Positions 13,274 to 25,394 of a stretch of DNA of 64,000 bases are shown here, piece after piece. The stretch spans positions 300,762,001 through 300,826,000 of the forward strand of contig OZ024740.1 of assembly GCA_964016885.1 (NCBI GenBank), in the 5' to 3' direction. Position 1 is the first letter of the stretch. Each line of letters opens with the position of its first letter. This stretch comes from Eledone cirrhosa (taxonomy: Eukaryota). The position numbers were made by a program, and so were the translations under genes. The notes under the pieces were generated by a model. That model ran no database searches, was not told the origin of the DNA, and saw only the letters and a program-made list of their open reading frames with translations.

Positions 13274-13303
<30 letters not shown>
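8788..13303 (+). mobile_element. R4/Dong-type RLE LINE family A, copy 1, apparently full length
   Basis: About 1 kb of leader, a single long ORF, about 75 nt of 3' UTR and an (AAT)n tail at 13265-13303. Bounded by (AAT)n on both sides, the known Dong target. Confidence 0.93.
9798..13190 (+). CDS. Non-LTR retrotransposon protein: reverse transcriptase, CCHC knuckle, restriction-like endonuclease (R4/Dong clade)
   Basis: 1130-aa ORF. N-terminal WTKELN..VMQCY..RGYRRRMHNIW; [50 protein letters not shown]; CRIC..ETVAHIVSEC; RHD; RPDLVV..IVDVACP..K..RY. Confidence 0.95.
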   Translation: METRTSCDRLSRNRCPLAQQQEPDCQPNTADVGGRRRRKGARTNWTKELNRTVMQCYLKSNPKERGYRRRMHNIWNEIGLFKLDEQKLAGLARVIRTNGWISELELEELSRENGLEMAGVVCQTSEPVGNEGEEVLRTEEPSEADNDLNTEINNTWNRDTATEEMNADGLGQDSVDILNLVVDELNNDSGRPMNLRFVDRKKLKETTAKVNKVIPYLEARSLHQCNTILKATANTVRKLLGIKARGNNRQERAEPWWKKRLSGQIGEMRNDIGKLESLLNGTLKNIGTKNRLEIKYKTRRKKLNIIIEELKQRIVAKSAKIRRYENRVSQYKQNRMFDNNQKMLFGQLEGKERGNDLIPGAEQTKTFWRGIWEQDVRHNAQAGWIETVQREIGEQAQQQTDLSITVETLKGQAKKLTNWRSPGPDGVQGYWIKHLTSLHPKLTVMFNDCLVSGEVPEWLTKGTTVLIMKDRIKGNDVTNYRPITCLSVMWKLLTSIVSEEIYHHLHRNNLLPDEQKGCRKKSRGTKDQLLIDKMVMGNCRRRHTDLDMGWIDYRKAFDMVPHSWIIKSLEIFRVADNIRQLLGRSMGSWETELTSTGVSLGSVKIKRGIFQGDSLSPLLFVLALMPLTIMLRKVRAGYKLGRGELTINHLLFMDDLKLFGKSEKELDVLVDTVRIFSSDICMQFGIGKCGVIVMKRGRLSRSNGIQIPTGEMIKEIDSEEGYKYLGVLEADGIKNKKMKELLRTEYIRRVRSVLKSHLNSRNAISAVNSRAVSIIRYSAGILRWNVAEQKEMDRKTRKLLTIYNMFHKRSDVDRLYLRRSECGRGLISIEDCVQMEKNNLYKYVTYSKEPMLRTVLKEGTVGQGMSKEEITSRRKSSLKGKSLDSTFFEKTEFRDPQTWNWLRRGDLKKATEGMLMAAQEQALKTKWLKHHIYKEEASPLCRICGEREETVAHIVSECKHLAQTHYKGWRHDVMGRVIHWHLCKVNNLPHSEKWYEHRPEAVMENNQVKVLWDFRIQTDKKLEHNRPDLVVVDKEKRSCLIVDVACPFDTRVQEKEREKINRYQDLKWEVKRIWNCHEVKVIPIVIGALGTISKSFQGWLKKIGPFTLFGTLQKACLLGTARTLRYVLNI

Positions 13304-13304
<1 letters not shown>

Positions 13305-16300
13305 TTTAATTCCAATATTAAGGGTATATGTCAACACATATACGCGACTAACCCCATAGATTCACCGATCAAACAAAAATACAGTCTATTCAACAAAACC
13401 CAGTAACGCCAACGCCATCACTACAGTCACCGCCGCCGCCACGCATCCATCATTACTACCACTATCCCATCCCCACCGCTACCACTCCTTCATTGCTACC
13501 ACCGCTATCCCCCATTACCTTCTGTTAACTTACACGAGAGGGGAAGGTGGAGGTATCACTAGACAATATTAATAAACAAGATTGATATTTAATTTTGGAT
13601 CAGGAGTCGAAAAGGAGAAAAATGACAAAATGACTAAATAACTAAAGATAATTTCACCACCAACACCACCACCACTACCACGATGAAAACTCTGGTCAAG
13701 TCGACTCAACCGCTATTTCTGCTCCAACTTCAACACCATCACTACAGTACTACGATCACATCACCACCACCACTGCCTCATTATCGCTGCCAGCGCTATT
13801 CTCTCCCACTACCCCCTGCTAGTTGCTGCTAGCACAGCACCGCCACCACCACCACCACCACTGCCTCATTACAACTACCGCCGCTATTCTCTCCCGCTAT
13901 GCCCTTCTACATCGTAGTGCCCCCACTAAAAGAGGAAGGCATCAAAATATATAAATAGACTGAATTGATGACCCGGTCAAAATCAGAAAAACAAAAATTA
14001 AAATCAAAGCAGCACAGCAACAACGAAAAACGTAAAGAAAAGAAAAATGAAGAGAAAAACAAACAGACGGACAGAGAAGGGAAGGGAAAACTAAGTCAGA
14101 CATTCAAACATTACATTACAATGGGTTTTTTTTTTCTTTGCCTGTTTGTTTGTTTATTTATGTTCGTCTACAGCGTGATAATGCCACACAAAAATCACGT
14201 GGAGTGACGAAATCAGCGGAGGTGATGAAATCACCGGTGGTTATGTAACCATACATTCGCCAATCCTCGATAAGAGTGTTTAAATGTCGAACCTAAACAG
14301 TTCGAATAACGGTGAAATGGAGACTAGAATGTCATGTGACAGACTCTCACCCAACAGGTGCTCCCTGGCTCAGCAGCAGAGACCTGTCTGTCAACCAAAT
14401 ACTGCTGGTGTCGGAGTAAGAAGATGAAGGAAATGGACCAGAACCAACTGGACGAAAGAATTGAATAGAACTGTTATGCAATGTTACCAGAAGAGTAACC
14501 CCAAGGAGAAAGGCTATAGGAAACGGATGCATAACATCTGGAACGAGATTGGTCTATTTAAATTAAATGAACAAAAACTGGCCGGGCAGGCTCGGGTAAT
14601 AAAAACTAATGAGTGGATAAGCGAGCTGGAACTGGAGGAACTGAGCAGAGAGATTAACTTGGAGATGGAGAGTGGAGTATGCCAGGCAAACGAGCCAGTG
14701 GGAAATGAAGGTGAAGAGGTCGAGAGAGCGGAGGAACCACCCGAAGCAGACAATGATCTGAATGCTGAGATAAATAATACCTGGAACAGAGATACGGCCA
14801 CTGAGGAGATGAATGTTGACGGGCTAGGACAAGATTGGTTTGATATCCTAAACTTAGTGGTAGATGAATTGAACGGTGATAGTGGGAGACCTATGAACCT
14901 AAGATTTGTAGACAGGAAAAAGTTAAAAGAAACAACAGCTAAGGTAAACAAAGTCATCCCATACCTTGAGGCGAGGAGCCTACACCAGTACAACAATATC
15001 CTCAAAGCAACAGCAAATACGGTGAGGAAACTACTTGGTATAAAAGTGAGAGGAAACAACAGACAAGAAAGAGCAGAGCCTTGGTGGAAGAAAAGACTGA
15101 GTGGTCAAATCAGGGAAATGAGAAATGACATTGGAAAGCTTGAGTCCCTACTGAATGGGACACTAAAAAACATGGACACTAAAAATAGACTGGAAATAAA
15201 GTACAAAACTAGGAGGAAAAAGCTAAATATTATCATAGAGGAACTGAAGCAACGCATTGTAGCAAAGAGTGCAAAAATCAGGCGATACGAGAACAGAGTC
15301 AGTCAGTATAGACAGAACCGCATGTTCGACAACAACCAGAAGATGCTGTTTGGACAGCTTGAAGGGAAAGAAAGAGGCAACGACTTGATCCCTGAGGCGG
15401 AACAAACTAAAACATTCTGGAGAGGAATATGGGAGCAGGATGTTAAACATAATGACCAGGCAGTGTGGATTGAGACAGTACAGAAGGAGATTAGTGAACA
15501 GGCACACCAACAAACTGATTTGAGTATCACAGTTGAAACTCTTAAGGGGCAGGCCAAAAAACTAACCAACTGGAAATCACCAGGCCCAGATGGTGTGCAG
15601 GGGTATTGGATTAAAAATATAACATCCCTCCACCCGAAACTGACAACCATGTTCAATGACTGCTTGATGTCAGGTGAGGTACCAAAGTGGTTGACAAAAG
15701 GTACCACAGTTCTGATAATGAAAGACCGAATCAAGGGTAATGATGTTACCAACTATAGACCTATCACATGTCTGTCCGTGATGTGGACACTGTTAACAAG
15801 CATTATGTCTGAGGAAATCTACATTCATCTCCGCACAAACAACTTGTTACTGGACGAACAGAAAGGATGCCGAAAGAAGTCACGTGGTACAAAGGACCAG
15901 TTACTTATTGATAAGATGGTAATGAGGAATTGCAAGAGGTGACACACTGGTCTTGCCATGGGATGGATAGACTACAAAAAGGCATTTGACATGGTGCCTC
16001 ATTCTTGGATCACCAAAAGCCTGGAGATCTTCAAGGTGGCAGATAACATCAGACAGTTGTTGGGCAAAAGTATGAAATCCTGGGAAACAGAGTTAACATC
16101 AACTGGAGTATCCTTGGGAAGCGTGAAGATCAAGAGAGGTATCTTCCAGGGAGATAGTCTGTCCACTCTGTGGTTTGTCCTTGCCCTGATGTCCCTGACC
16201 AGTGTACTGCGAAAAGTGAGAGCAGGATACAGGTTGGGAAAGGGAGGGCTTACCATCAATCACCTCCTCTTCATGGATGATCTTAAGCTCTTCGGGAAGA

Positions 16301-17775
16301 GTGAGAAGGAGTTGGATGGGTTTGTTGACACTGTCCGTATTTTCAGCAATGATATATGTATGCAATTTGGTATTAGTAAGTGTGGAGTCATTGTGAGGAA
16401 GAGGGGTAAGTTGAGCAGAAGTAACGGAATCCAGGTACCAACAGTTGAGATGATAAAGGAAATTGACTCTGAAGAAGGATACAAGTATTTGGGTGTTCTG
16501 GAGGCTGGTGACATCAAGAACAAAAAATTGAAGGAATTGATAAGAACTGAATACATTCGGAGAGTAAGAAGCGTATTAAAATCACATCTGAACAGTTGGA
16601 ATGCCATAAGTGCAGTAAATTCCCGAGCTGTGTCTATTATTAGGTACAGTGCGGGAATTCTGAGATGGAATTTTGCTGAACAAAAAGAAATGGATAGGAA
16701 GACTATCTACAACATGTTCCACAAGAGGAGTGATGTCGATAGACTCTACTTAAGGAGATCTGAAGGTGGAAGAGGTCTTATCAGCATAAAGGACTGTGTT
16801 CAGATGGAGAAAAACAACCTACACAAATACGTGACTAATAGTAAGGAGCCAATGCTCAGAACTATACTGAATGAGAGGACAATAGGCCAGGGGATGTCCA
16901 AGGAGGAAATAACATCAAGGAGAAAGAGCAGCCTTCAGGAAAAATCCCTTCATAGTACCTTCTTTGAGAAAACTGAATTTAGAGATCCACAGACATGGAA
17001 CTGGTTGAAAAGAGGAGACCTTAAAAAGGCTACAGAAGGAATGTTAATGGCTGCGCAGGAGCAGACCCACAAAACGAAGTGGTTGAAGCACCATATTTAC
17101 AAGGAGGATGCTAGCCCACTGTGCGGGATCTGTGGAGAGAGAGAGGAGACTGTGGCTCACATTGTAACCGAGTGTAAACACCTAGCCCAGACTCACTATA
17201 AGGGCTGGAGACATGATGTGATGGGCAGGGTGATCCACTGGCACCTATGCAAAGTAAACAATTTACCACATTCTGAGAAGGAGAAGTGGTATGAGCATAA
17301 GCCAGAGTCGGTGATAGAAAACGATCAGGTGAAAGTGCTGTGGGATTTTAGGATACAGACGGACAAGAAACTGGCACACAATAGACCTGACCTGGTGGTT
17401 GTGGACAAAGAAAAAAGATTGTGCCTGATTGTGGATGTGGCCTGCCCATTCGACACGAGAGTGCAAGAGAAGGAGAGGGAGAAAATTAACCGATACCAGG
17501 ACTTAAAGTGGGAGGTAAAAAGGATTTGGAACTGCCATGAAGTCAAAGTGATCCCTATTGCCATAGGCGCACTAGGGACTATATCAAAAGGTTTCCAGGG
17601 ATGGTTAAAGAAAATTGGCCCCTTCACGCTTTTTGGAACGCTTCAAAAGGTATGCTTACAGGGAACAGCAAGAACCCTCCGATACGTCCTGAATAAATGA
17701 GGCTGCAGGTAGTGGCTTGATATTCATTTCAACAAACTTTCAATTTAACTAACTTCAATGACTGAGACTCAAAAA

Positions 17776-17828
<53 letters not shown>
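13304..17828 (+). mobile_element. R4/Dong-type family A, copy 2, full length but disabled
   Basis: Colinear with copy 1. ATG at 14317, premature TGA near 14424 and at 15940, short in-frame deletion near 16700. Tail (TAA)n at 17777-17828. Confidence 0.93.
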
Positions 17829-17829
<1 letters not shown>

Positions 17830-18071
17830 TTTTCTTTATTAACCACAAGGGTTCACATAAAGTAGACATTAAGGACAGTACAGGACAATACAGGACGGTA
17901 CAAATGGGCATTTCTGCGTGTAAAAAAACAGAGGTTGAAATAAAATAACAAAGAAAAATTCCCCAATAGGGGGGAGACTTCCAAGGGACATTTGTGGAGA
18001 AAGCCCATTAAAAGACCACAGTGGCCCTGACCACCAGGGCAAGTGCCCTCTCCCAGTTTTCCACCTTTAAT

Positions 18072-21000
18072 TTACAGACACATACTCAGAGAAGGCCCAT
18101 TCATTCGGGCCATACTTGCTTCTCTCACCCATCTTTCAACAAAATGCTGGGAAGAGAGCACTTCCCTCTCTACCCTGATTTTCCTTTTCAAATGAAATTT
18201 GAAAAAGTTAATCAGGGCATCACCGAAGAGGTAAGTGCTCGTCTTCAGCCCTTTCAAACGTGTTCACCATACTATCTCTTTCGCCATGGCCACCAGACAG
18301 ATAAAAACTGCCTGCCCTTCCAGGCTAAAGGAAAGGGGCGGGGCAATCCTCACGATGGACTCAGCTGATAGCTGGATCCGTCCTACACGTGACAGCAGGT
18401 GTTCGACATAAACCCACAAGTCAGCAATGCTCGGACACTGGACGAGTGCGTGCAGGACGGTTTCGTCGCCCTGCGCGCATCTCGGACATGCCCGGCTGAC
18501 GGCACCTCCATGCCTGTAGAGTTTATCCCGAACTGGCAAAGCTCGTCGGTAGCACTGCCAGGCCAGGGATTTCTGGAAGTTGTCCATAGGCCCCGGCCCG
18601 AAAGTCCTTCCGAAGAGATTGGCTAGTTGATTTTCGTCGACGCCTAGAGTTTCTCCAAGTACGTCGTCGCTCTTCCCCTCCACTAATCCCCTATAGAACG
18701 CCAACGTGGAGTTTCCACCGATCACATTGCCCGATAGACGAGGGCTGTGAGCGCCTGAAGACATTCCAGTCTCCAAGCGTTCCCTCTCGGTCTTCGCTTG
18801 ACCCAGGACTGCAGCTCCGTCAAGGAGACGAGCTGGGGAAAAACGTGTCTTGCAAACGGCGACCACACCTGATCACCGTCGAGGAAGAGGTGGAGATGTC
18901 GTAGCCTGAGCGCGTGTCTGCGCATCATCAGCCACGGCATGCCCAGCCCTCCACGTAGCGGGTGTTGACAGCAGATGGACCGCCTGACCATCGGAACGCG
19001 TCCCTTCCACAAGAAGCGAAAGAGCAAACGCTCCAGCGCAGTCAGGCGGGGCTTAGGACAAGGTACGACGGTCAGGCGGTAATAGATGACGGGTGCGATG
19101 TACGCATTCGCCACCTCCGCTCGACCTTTCAGAGATAGCTTCCTCTCCGCCCATTTCTGGGTGAGAGAAGCCACCCTGCTCGTCACCTCGTCCCAGTATT
19201 TGTCCGTCTGGAGGTCTGGACCGAACCAGACCCCTAGCAATTTAACCGGTCCGTCCGTCCAGCGCCCGGCGACGCTGTTGGACGGCATGGACCTGCCTCT
19301 CCAGGTGCCGAGCTGCAGGCCCACTGACTTTTTCTGGTTGATCATTGCTCCTGTCACCGCTTCGTATTCTCTTAGTGTAGTGCCGATCGCCTCGATGTGT
19401 TTGGCGTTCGACACCACTACGGTGACATCGTCGGCATATGCTGACACGGATCTTCCGCATCCTAGTTCGCGCGGGACCCCCCTCAACGTCTCCAGTTTGT
19501 GCAGTAATGGCTCGAGAGTCAATACGTACAATAGGGACGAGAGGGGACATCCTTGGCGGACCGAGCGCATGATGTTGAACGGTTCCGAAAGGTGACCGTT
19601 CACTCTCACTACAGAGCAGATGTCGCTGTGCATGGCAGCGATCCAGCCTCTGAAGACGGGCCCAAAGCCAGCCGCCCTCAGGACTGCCGTTAGGTAACGA
19701 TGGTCGTCCCTATCGAAGGCTTTCGACTGATCTAAATTGATCAAAGACCCACCCGTGCCAGGTTCCCTATCTACCCTCTCTACGATGTATCGCATGAGGT
19801 GGAGGTTGTCGTGGATGGATCTGTCGGGAATGGCGCATGTCTGTGCCTCTCCCACCAGACCACCAACGACAAGCGCCAACCTCTTTGCTAGCACCTTTGC
19901 CAAAATCTTGAACTCTGTGTTTAGCAGAGTTATGGGCCTAAAATTATCTATGTTATCCCCCTTGTTCGGATCCTTTCTCAGCAGCGCCACCGCTCCTCGA
20001 CTCACAGAGCGGGGAATTCTCCCGTTCTGTTGCCAGTTGCAGTAGACGTCCGCCAAGAGGCCTCCGAACAAGTTTGGCATTTGTACGTAAAGTTCATAGG
20101 GCAGACCATCCAAACCAGGCGATTTACCCCTTGTGCAACTAGTCATTGCATCCCGTACTTCAGCGGTTGTTATCGGCTTTTCGCAACACTCCGCCTCAGT
20201 GGCCGAAAGCCGCGGCAGTCCGTCGAGGTAGACACTAAAGTCCATCCCTCTCCGGCCCGCCACTGCCCCCGAACAGTTGAGCGAAGTGTCGCTGAAAAGC
20301 TTCACACATTTGCCCGGGATCGAGTAGCATGCGCCCGTCGTGGTCCACCAAAGACCGGATCGTGGCTTTGTTGCCACGACGCGCCTCTGCCACTCAGGCC
20401 CATTTAACGGCTTTCGTCCCCTCGTGTCTGAGAGCACGCACCCTAGCTCTGACAACGCAACCTTCGTGCTTTGCATTGAAGAATTAGTCAAGGGCCAATT
20501 TCGCCGCAAGTACGTCGGTCGCGATGCCTTTGCTAAGCGCCTCATCTAATTTTCTAACTAATTCTCCCTCTGCTCTATTTTTCTCTATTGCTAAAGTCTT
20601 ACTAAACCTAATGGACTCTATTCTAATTGCTCTTTTCAGAGCAAACCACCACTTGTTGTTGACGATGGCCCCCGTCAACGCCCGATTAACTAGTTCTCTA
20701 ATCCGGTCTCTGTAGGCCTTGCGCGCTGGTAAGGACGCGTTTAACTTCCAGTAGCCGGGTCTTCGTCTATGAAGCCTATCTAAGTCAAGCACACAGATCA
20801 CGAATTTGTGGTCCGTGTAGCTGACTATCTTGAATTGTGGACAGCCTATGCTAGACCTATCTATTTCCCTACAAAATACTCTATCTAGATATGATCTGGA
20901 TGACCCTATGCGATTTGTCCAGGTCCAAATTGGTACATTCGGGAAATCCAATCGGTACCTGTCAGACAGTTCAAAACGTCTGAGCAGGTTGGTGAGACTC

Positions 21001-21488
21001 TTGCACCCTCCTTCCCTATCCACTAATCCCACACAATCCCAGCGTGCATCTAAGATCCCGTTCCAGTCGCCCACTAACACTAAAGAGCGGGACGTTCCAA
21101 GAAAGGTCTCCAGACGCCGGAAGAAATCAGGCCGCCCTGCTCCTGTCGGGGCATAGACGGCCACTAACCTGAAAGCTTGCCCGTCTCCGCTGGTCACGTC
21201 CAGCACCACCAACTTACCTTCTGGGTCCAGGAAGATGGCCCGTATGGCAAGATCCAAACCTCTCCGAAAAAGCACAGCAACTCCTCCCCCCGATCCCGGA
21301 CGGCTGGGAGATGCGTACACATCGTAGCCGCTGAAGATCGGTGCGAAAGCCTGTGCTTCGGAGATTCTGGTCTCGCTGATGGCCACTACATCTATGTTTA
21401 GTGACCTGAGGTCGTTGAGCAGGTGGCCCTGCTTCCATGACGACCCCAAGCCACGCGCATTTATGCTGCCTATTCTGAGTGAGGTCAT
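18072..21488 (-). pseudogene. Tx1-like ORF2: AP endonuclease, reverse transcriptase, zinc knuckle, frameshifted
   Basis: APE motifs SINARGL, ISET, VYAP, GDWN, YLDR, TDHK (20484-21488); RT KSPGLDGLPYE, VRQGCPLS, AYADD (18722-20545); CPRC..ETVLHALVQC (18264-18866). Split over at least four track ORFs. Confidence 0.93.
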
Positions 21489-21522
21489 GTTGAAAAGGAG
21501 TGGAAAAGATGGGAAAGACCAC

Positions 21523-22906
21523 TTACCTTACTTCTCGTAGGGGAAGGACGGCTTTCCCATCCTTTTCACTGCTTGTGGCCTCCTCAGGAAGGATATCCTT
21601 ATAAATCCTCCTGGAGAGTGCTTGTCGGAAGTCTCCGATGTCTTTGGGGAATTTTTGTTTTAGTGTCATGTACGTTTTCTGTGTGATGCGAGTGATTTGT
21701 ATGTGTGGAGGTGGTGTGAATTTTGGGGTTGTTGTGTAGTCTTTTTCTGTGATGCTGGTGTTGTGTTGGATGTAGTGTAATAATTGCTTGTTGTTCAAAT
21801 TTAATGCTGTGTAGTGTGTATCGTTTTGGTTGTTTTGTTTTGTTTGCGTTTGTTGTGGGTTTGTTTCTGTTTCGCATTTTGGTGACTTTTGTGGTGTAGG
21901 TGATGGTGGTGCTGGGGATAATGATGGTGATGGTGTTGGTGTTTGGGTTGATGGGGTTGGTGATGCTGGTGTGGATGGTGGCATATCTGTCCTAACTTTT
22001 TTGTTTCTTAGTTTATTTGTTTCCCTCTGTATTTTATTTTTGGAGGAGGAAGGAAGAGAATTTTTTCTTTTTTGGTTTCTTTTTTTTTTTCCGGATATCG
22101 TTTCCCACTCCTCGGCGTCACAATCTGTCTCCAGTTGTGATAGGCCGGGGAGTGGAAAATCCTCCACAGCCGTTAGTTTTGGTTGTGGTGTGGTGGATGG
22201 TGTAGGCGCTGGTGCTAGTTCTGAAGCGTTGGGTGGTGGTGGTGTTGGTTTTGCTGGTGGTGGTAGTGGTGTTGGTTTCGCTACTGTTGCTGGGGTTGTT
22301 GCTGTTATAGTTGCTTCTGTTGTTGCTGCTACAGTTGTTGCTACGATCTCTGCTACTGGTGGTGTTGATGGTTGTGTCACTGGGGTGGGTTGGAGAGGTG
22401 GCCTCAACCTTTTAGCCTGAGGGCAGAAAGCCCTTAGGTGGGTTCCTTCACCACAAACGACACACCTAGGTCTTCTGCCCTCGACAATTACCGTGAGGTG
22501 GCTGCCGTCAGTGAGGTCTATTACCTCTGGGATCTCCTCAATGCTTTTTTGGTCCGCTTGGATCAGGAGCTCCATCCCAGATCCGGACCAGTTTTCCTGC
22601 TTTTCTTTTGCTACTGCTATTATTTTCGTGTTGGCTTCGATGCCGGCGAGGACAGCCGCTATTAGCCAGGGAATTTCGATGGCCGGTGGAACGTGGGTCA
22701 CCCTGATCTTTACGAGTCTCTGGCCACAATATCTTGGGACGAGTGTGAGGTCGTCACTTTTTAATGGGGCCATGGAGTGTTCTCTAGCCTCCTCTGGTGT
22801 TTCAAAGAACACATCCACGGTTCCATACTTTTGCCCACGTCTGATGTGGGTTTTTCTTGCCCACACATGTCCCAAAGCTTTTTGGATTTGGGACTCGGAT
22901 GCCCGT
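21523..22906 (-). CDS. Tx1-like ORF1 (Gag-like, CCHC knuckle, Pro/Thr-rich), N-terminus missing
   Basis: VIVEGRRPRCVVCGEGTHLRAFCP (CX2CX4HX4C) followed by a P/T-rich and basic region. The first ~50 aa of the 512-aa track ORF are antisense Dong sequence and do not belong to ORF1. Confidence 0.85.
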
Positions 22907-25342
22907 TTGAGGGGAAAGAAAGAGGCAACGACTTGATCCCTGGGGCGGAGCAAACTAAAACATTCTGGAGAGGAATATGGGAGCAGGATGTTAGACATAA
23001 TGTCCAGGCAGGGTGGATTGAGACAGTACAGAGGGAGATCGGGGAGCAGGCACAACAACAAACTGATTTGAGTATCACAGTTGAAACTCTTAAAGGCCAG
23101 GCCAAAAAACTAACCAACTGGAAATCACCAGGCCCAGATGGTGTGCAGGGGTATTGGATTAAACATTTAACATCCCTCCACCCGAAGCTGACGGCCATGT
23201 TCAATGACTGCTTGGTGTCAGGTGAGGTGCCAGAGTGGTTGACAAAAGGTACCACAGTTCTGATAATGAAAGACCGAATCAAGGGTAATGATGTTACCAA
23301 CTATAGACCTATCACATGTCTGTCCGTACTGTGGAAACAGCTGACGAGCATTGTGTCTGAGGAAATCTACCATCAGTCCACACAAACAACTTGTTACCGG
23401 ACGAACAGAAAGGATGCCGAAAGAAGTCACGTGGTAGAAAGGACCAGTTACTTATTGATAAGATGGTAATGGGGAATTGCAGGAGGAGACACACTGGTCT
23501 TGCCATGGGATGGATAGACTACAGAAAGGCATTTGACATGGTGCCTCATTCTTGGATCACCAAAATCCTGGAGATCTTCAGGGTGGCAGATAACATCAGA
23601 CAGTTGCTAGGCAGGAGTATGGGGTCCTGGGAGACAGAGTTGACATCAACTGGAGTATCCTTGGGAAGCGTGAAGATCAAGAGAGGTATCTTCCAGGGAG
23701 ATAGCCTGTCCCCTCTGTTGTTTGTCCTTTCCCTGATGCCCTTGACCATTATGCTGCGAAAAGTGAGAGCAGGATACAAGTTGGGAAGGGGAGAGCTTAC
23801 CTTCAATCACCTCCTCTTCATGGACGATCTTAAGCTCTTCGGGAAAAGTGAGAAGGAGTTGGATGTGCTTGTTGACACTGTCCGTATTTTCAGCAGTGAT
23901 ATATGTATGCAGTTTGGTATTGGTAAATGTGGAGTCATATTGATGAGGAGGGGTAAGTTGAGCAGAAGTAACGGGATCCAGATACCAACAGGTGAGATGA
24001 TAAAGGAAATTGACTCTGAGGATGATACAAGTATTTGGGCGTTCTGGAGACTGATGGCATAAAGAACAAAAAAATGAAGGACTTGTTAAGAACTGAATAC
24101 ATTCGGAGAATAAGGAGCGTATTGAAGTCACATCTGAACAGCAGAAATGCCATAAGCGCAGTAAATTCCCGAGCTGTGTCTATTATTAGGTACAGTGCGG
24201 GAATTCTGAGATGGAATGTTGCTGAACAAAAAGAAATGGATAGGAAGACTAGGAAGATATTGACTATCTACAACATGTTCCACAAGAGGAGTGATGTCGA
24301 TAGACTCTACCTAAGGAGATCTGAGGGTGGAAGAGGTCTTATCAGCATAGAGGACTGTGTTCAGATGGAGAAAAGCAACCTATACAAATACGTGACCTAT
24401 AGTAAGGAGCCAATGCTCAGAACTATACTGAATGAGAGGACAATAGGCCAGGGGATGTCCAAGGAGGAAATAACATCAAGGAGAAAGAGCAGCCTTCAGG
24501 AAAAATCCCTTCATAGTACCTTCTTTGAGAAAACTGAATTTAGAGATCCACAGACATGGAACTGGTTGAGAAGAGGAGACCTCAAAAAGGCTACCGAAGG
24601 AATGCTAATGGCTGCGCAGGAGCAGGCCCTCAAAACGAAGTGGTTGAAGCACCATATTTACAAGGAGAAGGCTAGCCCACTGTGCAGGATCTGTGGAGAG
24701 AGAGAGGAGACTGTGGCTCACATTGTGTCCGAGTGTAAACACCTAGCCCAGACCCACTATAAGGGCTGGAGACACGATGTGATGGGCAGGGTGATCCACT
24801 GGCACCTGTGCAAAGTAAACAATTTACCACATTCTGAGAAATGGTATGAGCATAGGCCAGAGGCGGTGATGGAGAACAATCAGGTGAAGGTGCTGTGGGA
24901 TTTTAGGATACAGACGGACAAAAAACTGGAACACAATAGACCTGACCTGGTGGTTGTGGACAAAGAAAAAAGATCGTGTCTGATTGTGGATGTGGCCTGC
25001 CCGTTCGACACGAGAGTGCAAGAGAAGGAGAGGGAGAAAATTAACCGATACCAGGACCTAAAGTGGGAGGTGAAAAGGATTTGGAACTGCCATGAAGTCA
25101 AAGTGATCCCGATTGTCATAGGCGCACTGGGGACTATCTCCAAAAGTTTCCAGGGATGGTTAAAGAAAATCGGCCCCTTCACGCTTTTTGGAACGCTTCA
25201 AAAGGCATGCTTGCTTGGAACAGCAAGAACCCTCCGATACGTCCTGAATATCTGAGGCTGCAGGTAGTGGCTTGATATTCAATCCAACGGACTTTCCAGT
25301 TAACAAACATCAATGACTGAGATTCAAGGAATAACAACGGTG

Positions 25343-25385
<43 letters not shown>
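22907..25385 (+). mobile_element. R4/Dong-type family A, copy 3, 5'-truncated and frameshifted
   Basis: Matches copy 1 from TTGAGGGGAAAGAAAGAGG (10840) onward. Frameshifts near 23378 and 24022. (AAT)n tail at about 25343-25385. Confidence 0.93.
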
Positions 25386-25394
25386 GGGAATAAA

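Larger units (their letters stand above)
17829..22906 (-). mobile_element. Tx1-like (L1-group) LINE copy 2, nearly full length
   Basis: ORF1, 34-nt spacer, ORF2 (APE, RT, CCHC), 3' UTR ending AATAAAGAAAAC(ATT)n. The 5' end is missing and abuts a Dong copy. Confidence 0.93.

Noticed and set aside
22907-23061. Apparent chimeric N-termini of the 512-aa minus ORF and the 230-aa plus ORF
   Set aside because: Chance read-through across the Tx1/Dong junction into antisense sequence, with no evidence of a functional fusion.
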